A stretch of DNA of 64,000 bases from an uncultured Chthonomonadaceae bacterium (GTDB lineage Bacteria > Armatimonadota > Chthonomonadetes > Chthonomonadales > Chthonomonadaceae): the NCBI GenBank assembly GCA_963817895.1, contig CAWFQB010000011.1, positions 128,001-192,000 of the forward strand, written 5' to 3'. Positions 63,730-64,000 of the stretch are shown here, piece by piece; the first letter of the stretch is position 1, and the number at the start of each line of letters is the position of its first letter. Both the position numbers and the translations under genes were made by a program. The notes beneath the pieces are model-generated. The model was not told the origin of the DNA, ran no database searches, and was given only the letters and a program-made list of their open reading frames with translations.

Positions 63730-64000
63730 CCTGTTTTCCTTTTCAACTTCTGAAATGCCTGAGAGAAACCACCCATCCGTCACATACCGGTTTGAGAGCG
63801 AACCACTTCCTACTGAAGCAGTTTGCGTTCAGCGATTTTCGCCTGGTCTTCGGCAATAGCGCTTTTGAGGTCATTCATCTGGCTGGTGGAGTTTTTTTGC
63901 GCTGTGAATCCCTGTGTGAATCGAGCGTTTCCTGCCGACGCGCAACCCGGTCTTCCACCAGCGTGATCTCGTGTTGCCTTGCCTCGCGCTGCTCACGCTC

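Noticed and set aside
63812..64000. Partial minus-strand coiled-coil ORF at the window edge
   Set aside because: Truncated and frameshifted; no product can be assigned.

Overview
GC-rich bacterial chromosomal segment. The gene content (DUF1559/H-X9-DG prepilin-like genes, PEP-CTERM proteins, futalosine menaquinone pathway, CIRCE-controlled groESL) fits Armatimonadota or a similar lineage (inference). The sequence has many single-base indels: essential genes such as hisS and groEL are frameshifted, so broken ORFs are treated as assembly errors unless there is contrary evidence. Housekeeping genes (dapB, hisS, prs, groESL, mqnB/mqnD, M16 and S9 peptidases) alternate with accessory blocks: a DUF488-DUF488-dual-OB trio, an ABC-ATPase+HNH (Septu-like) pair, a TPR/glycosyltransferase cluster, a TA/nuclease islet behind groEL, sugar-utilisation loci, and an OsmC-like/ACAD-like/PhnD-like/MetE-like operon. 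Main findings: (1) an exported LolA-like+TlpA selenoprotein with an in-frame UGA in the redox motif followed by a SECIS-like hairpin; (2) a tightly linked four-gene metabolic module of non-canonical enzymes; (3) many short palindromic and microsatellite elements that occur between genes and also inside protein-coding loops, sharing sequence blocks across unrelated genes; (4) chimeric genes built from duplicated or captured gene ends.
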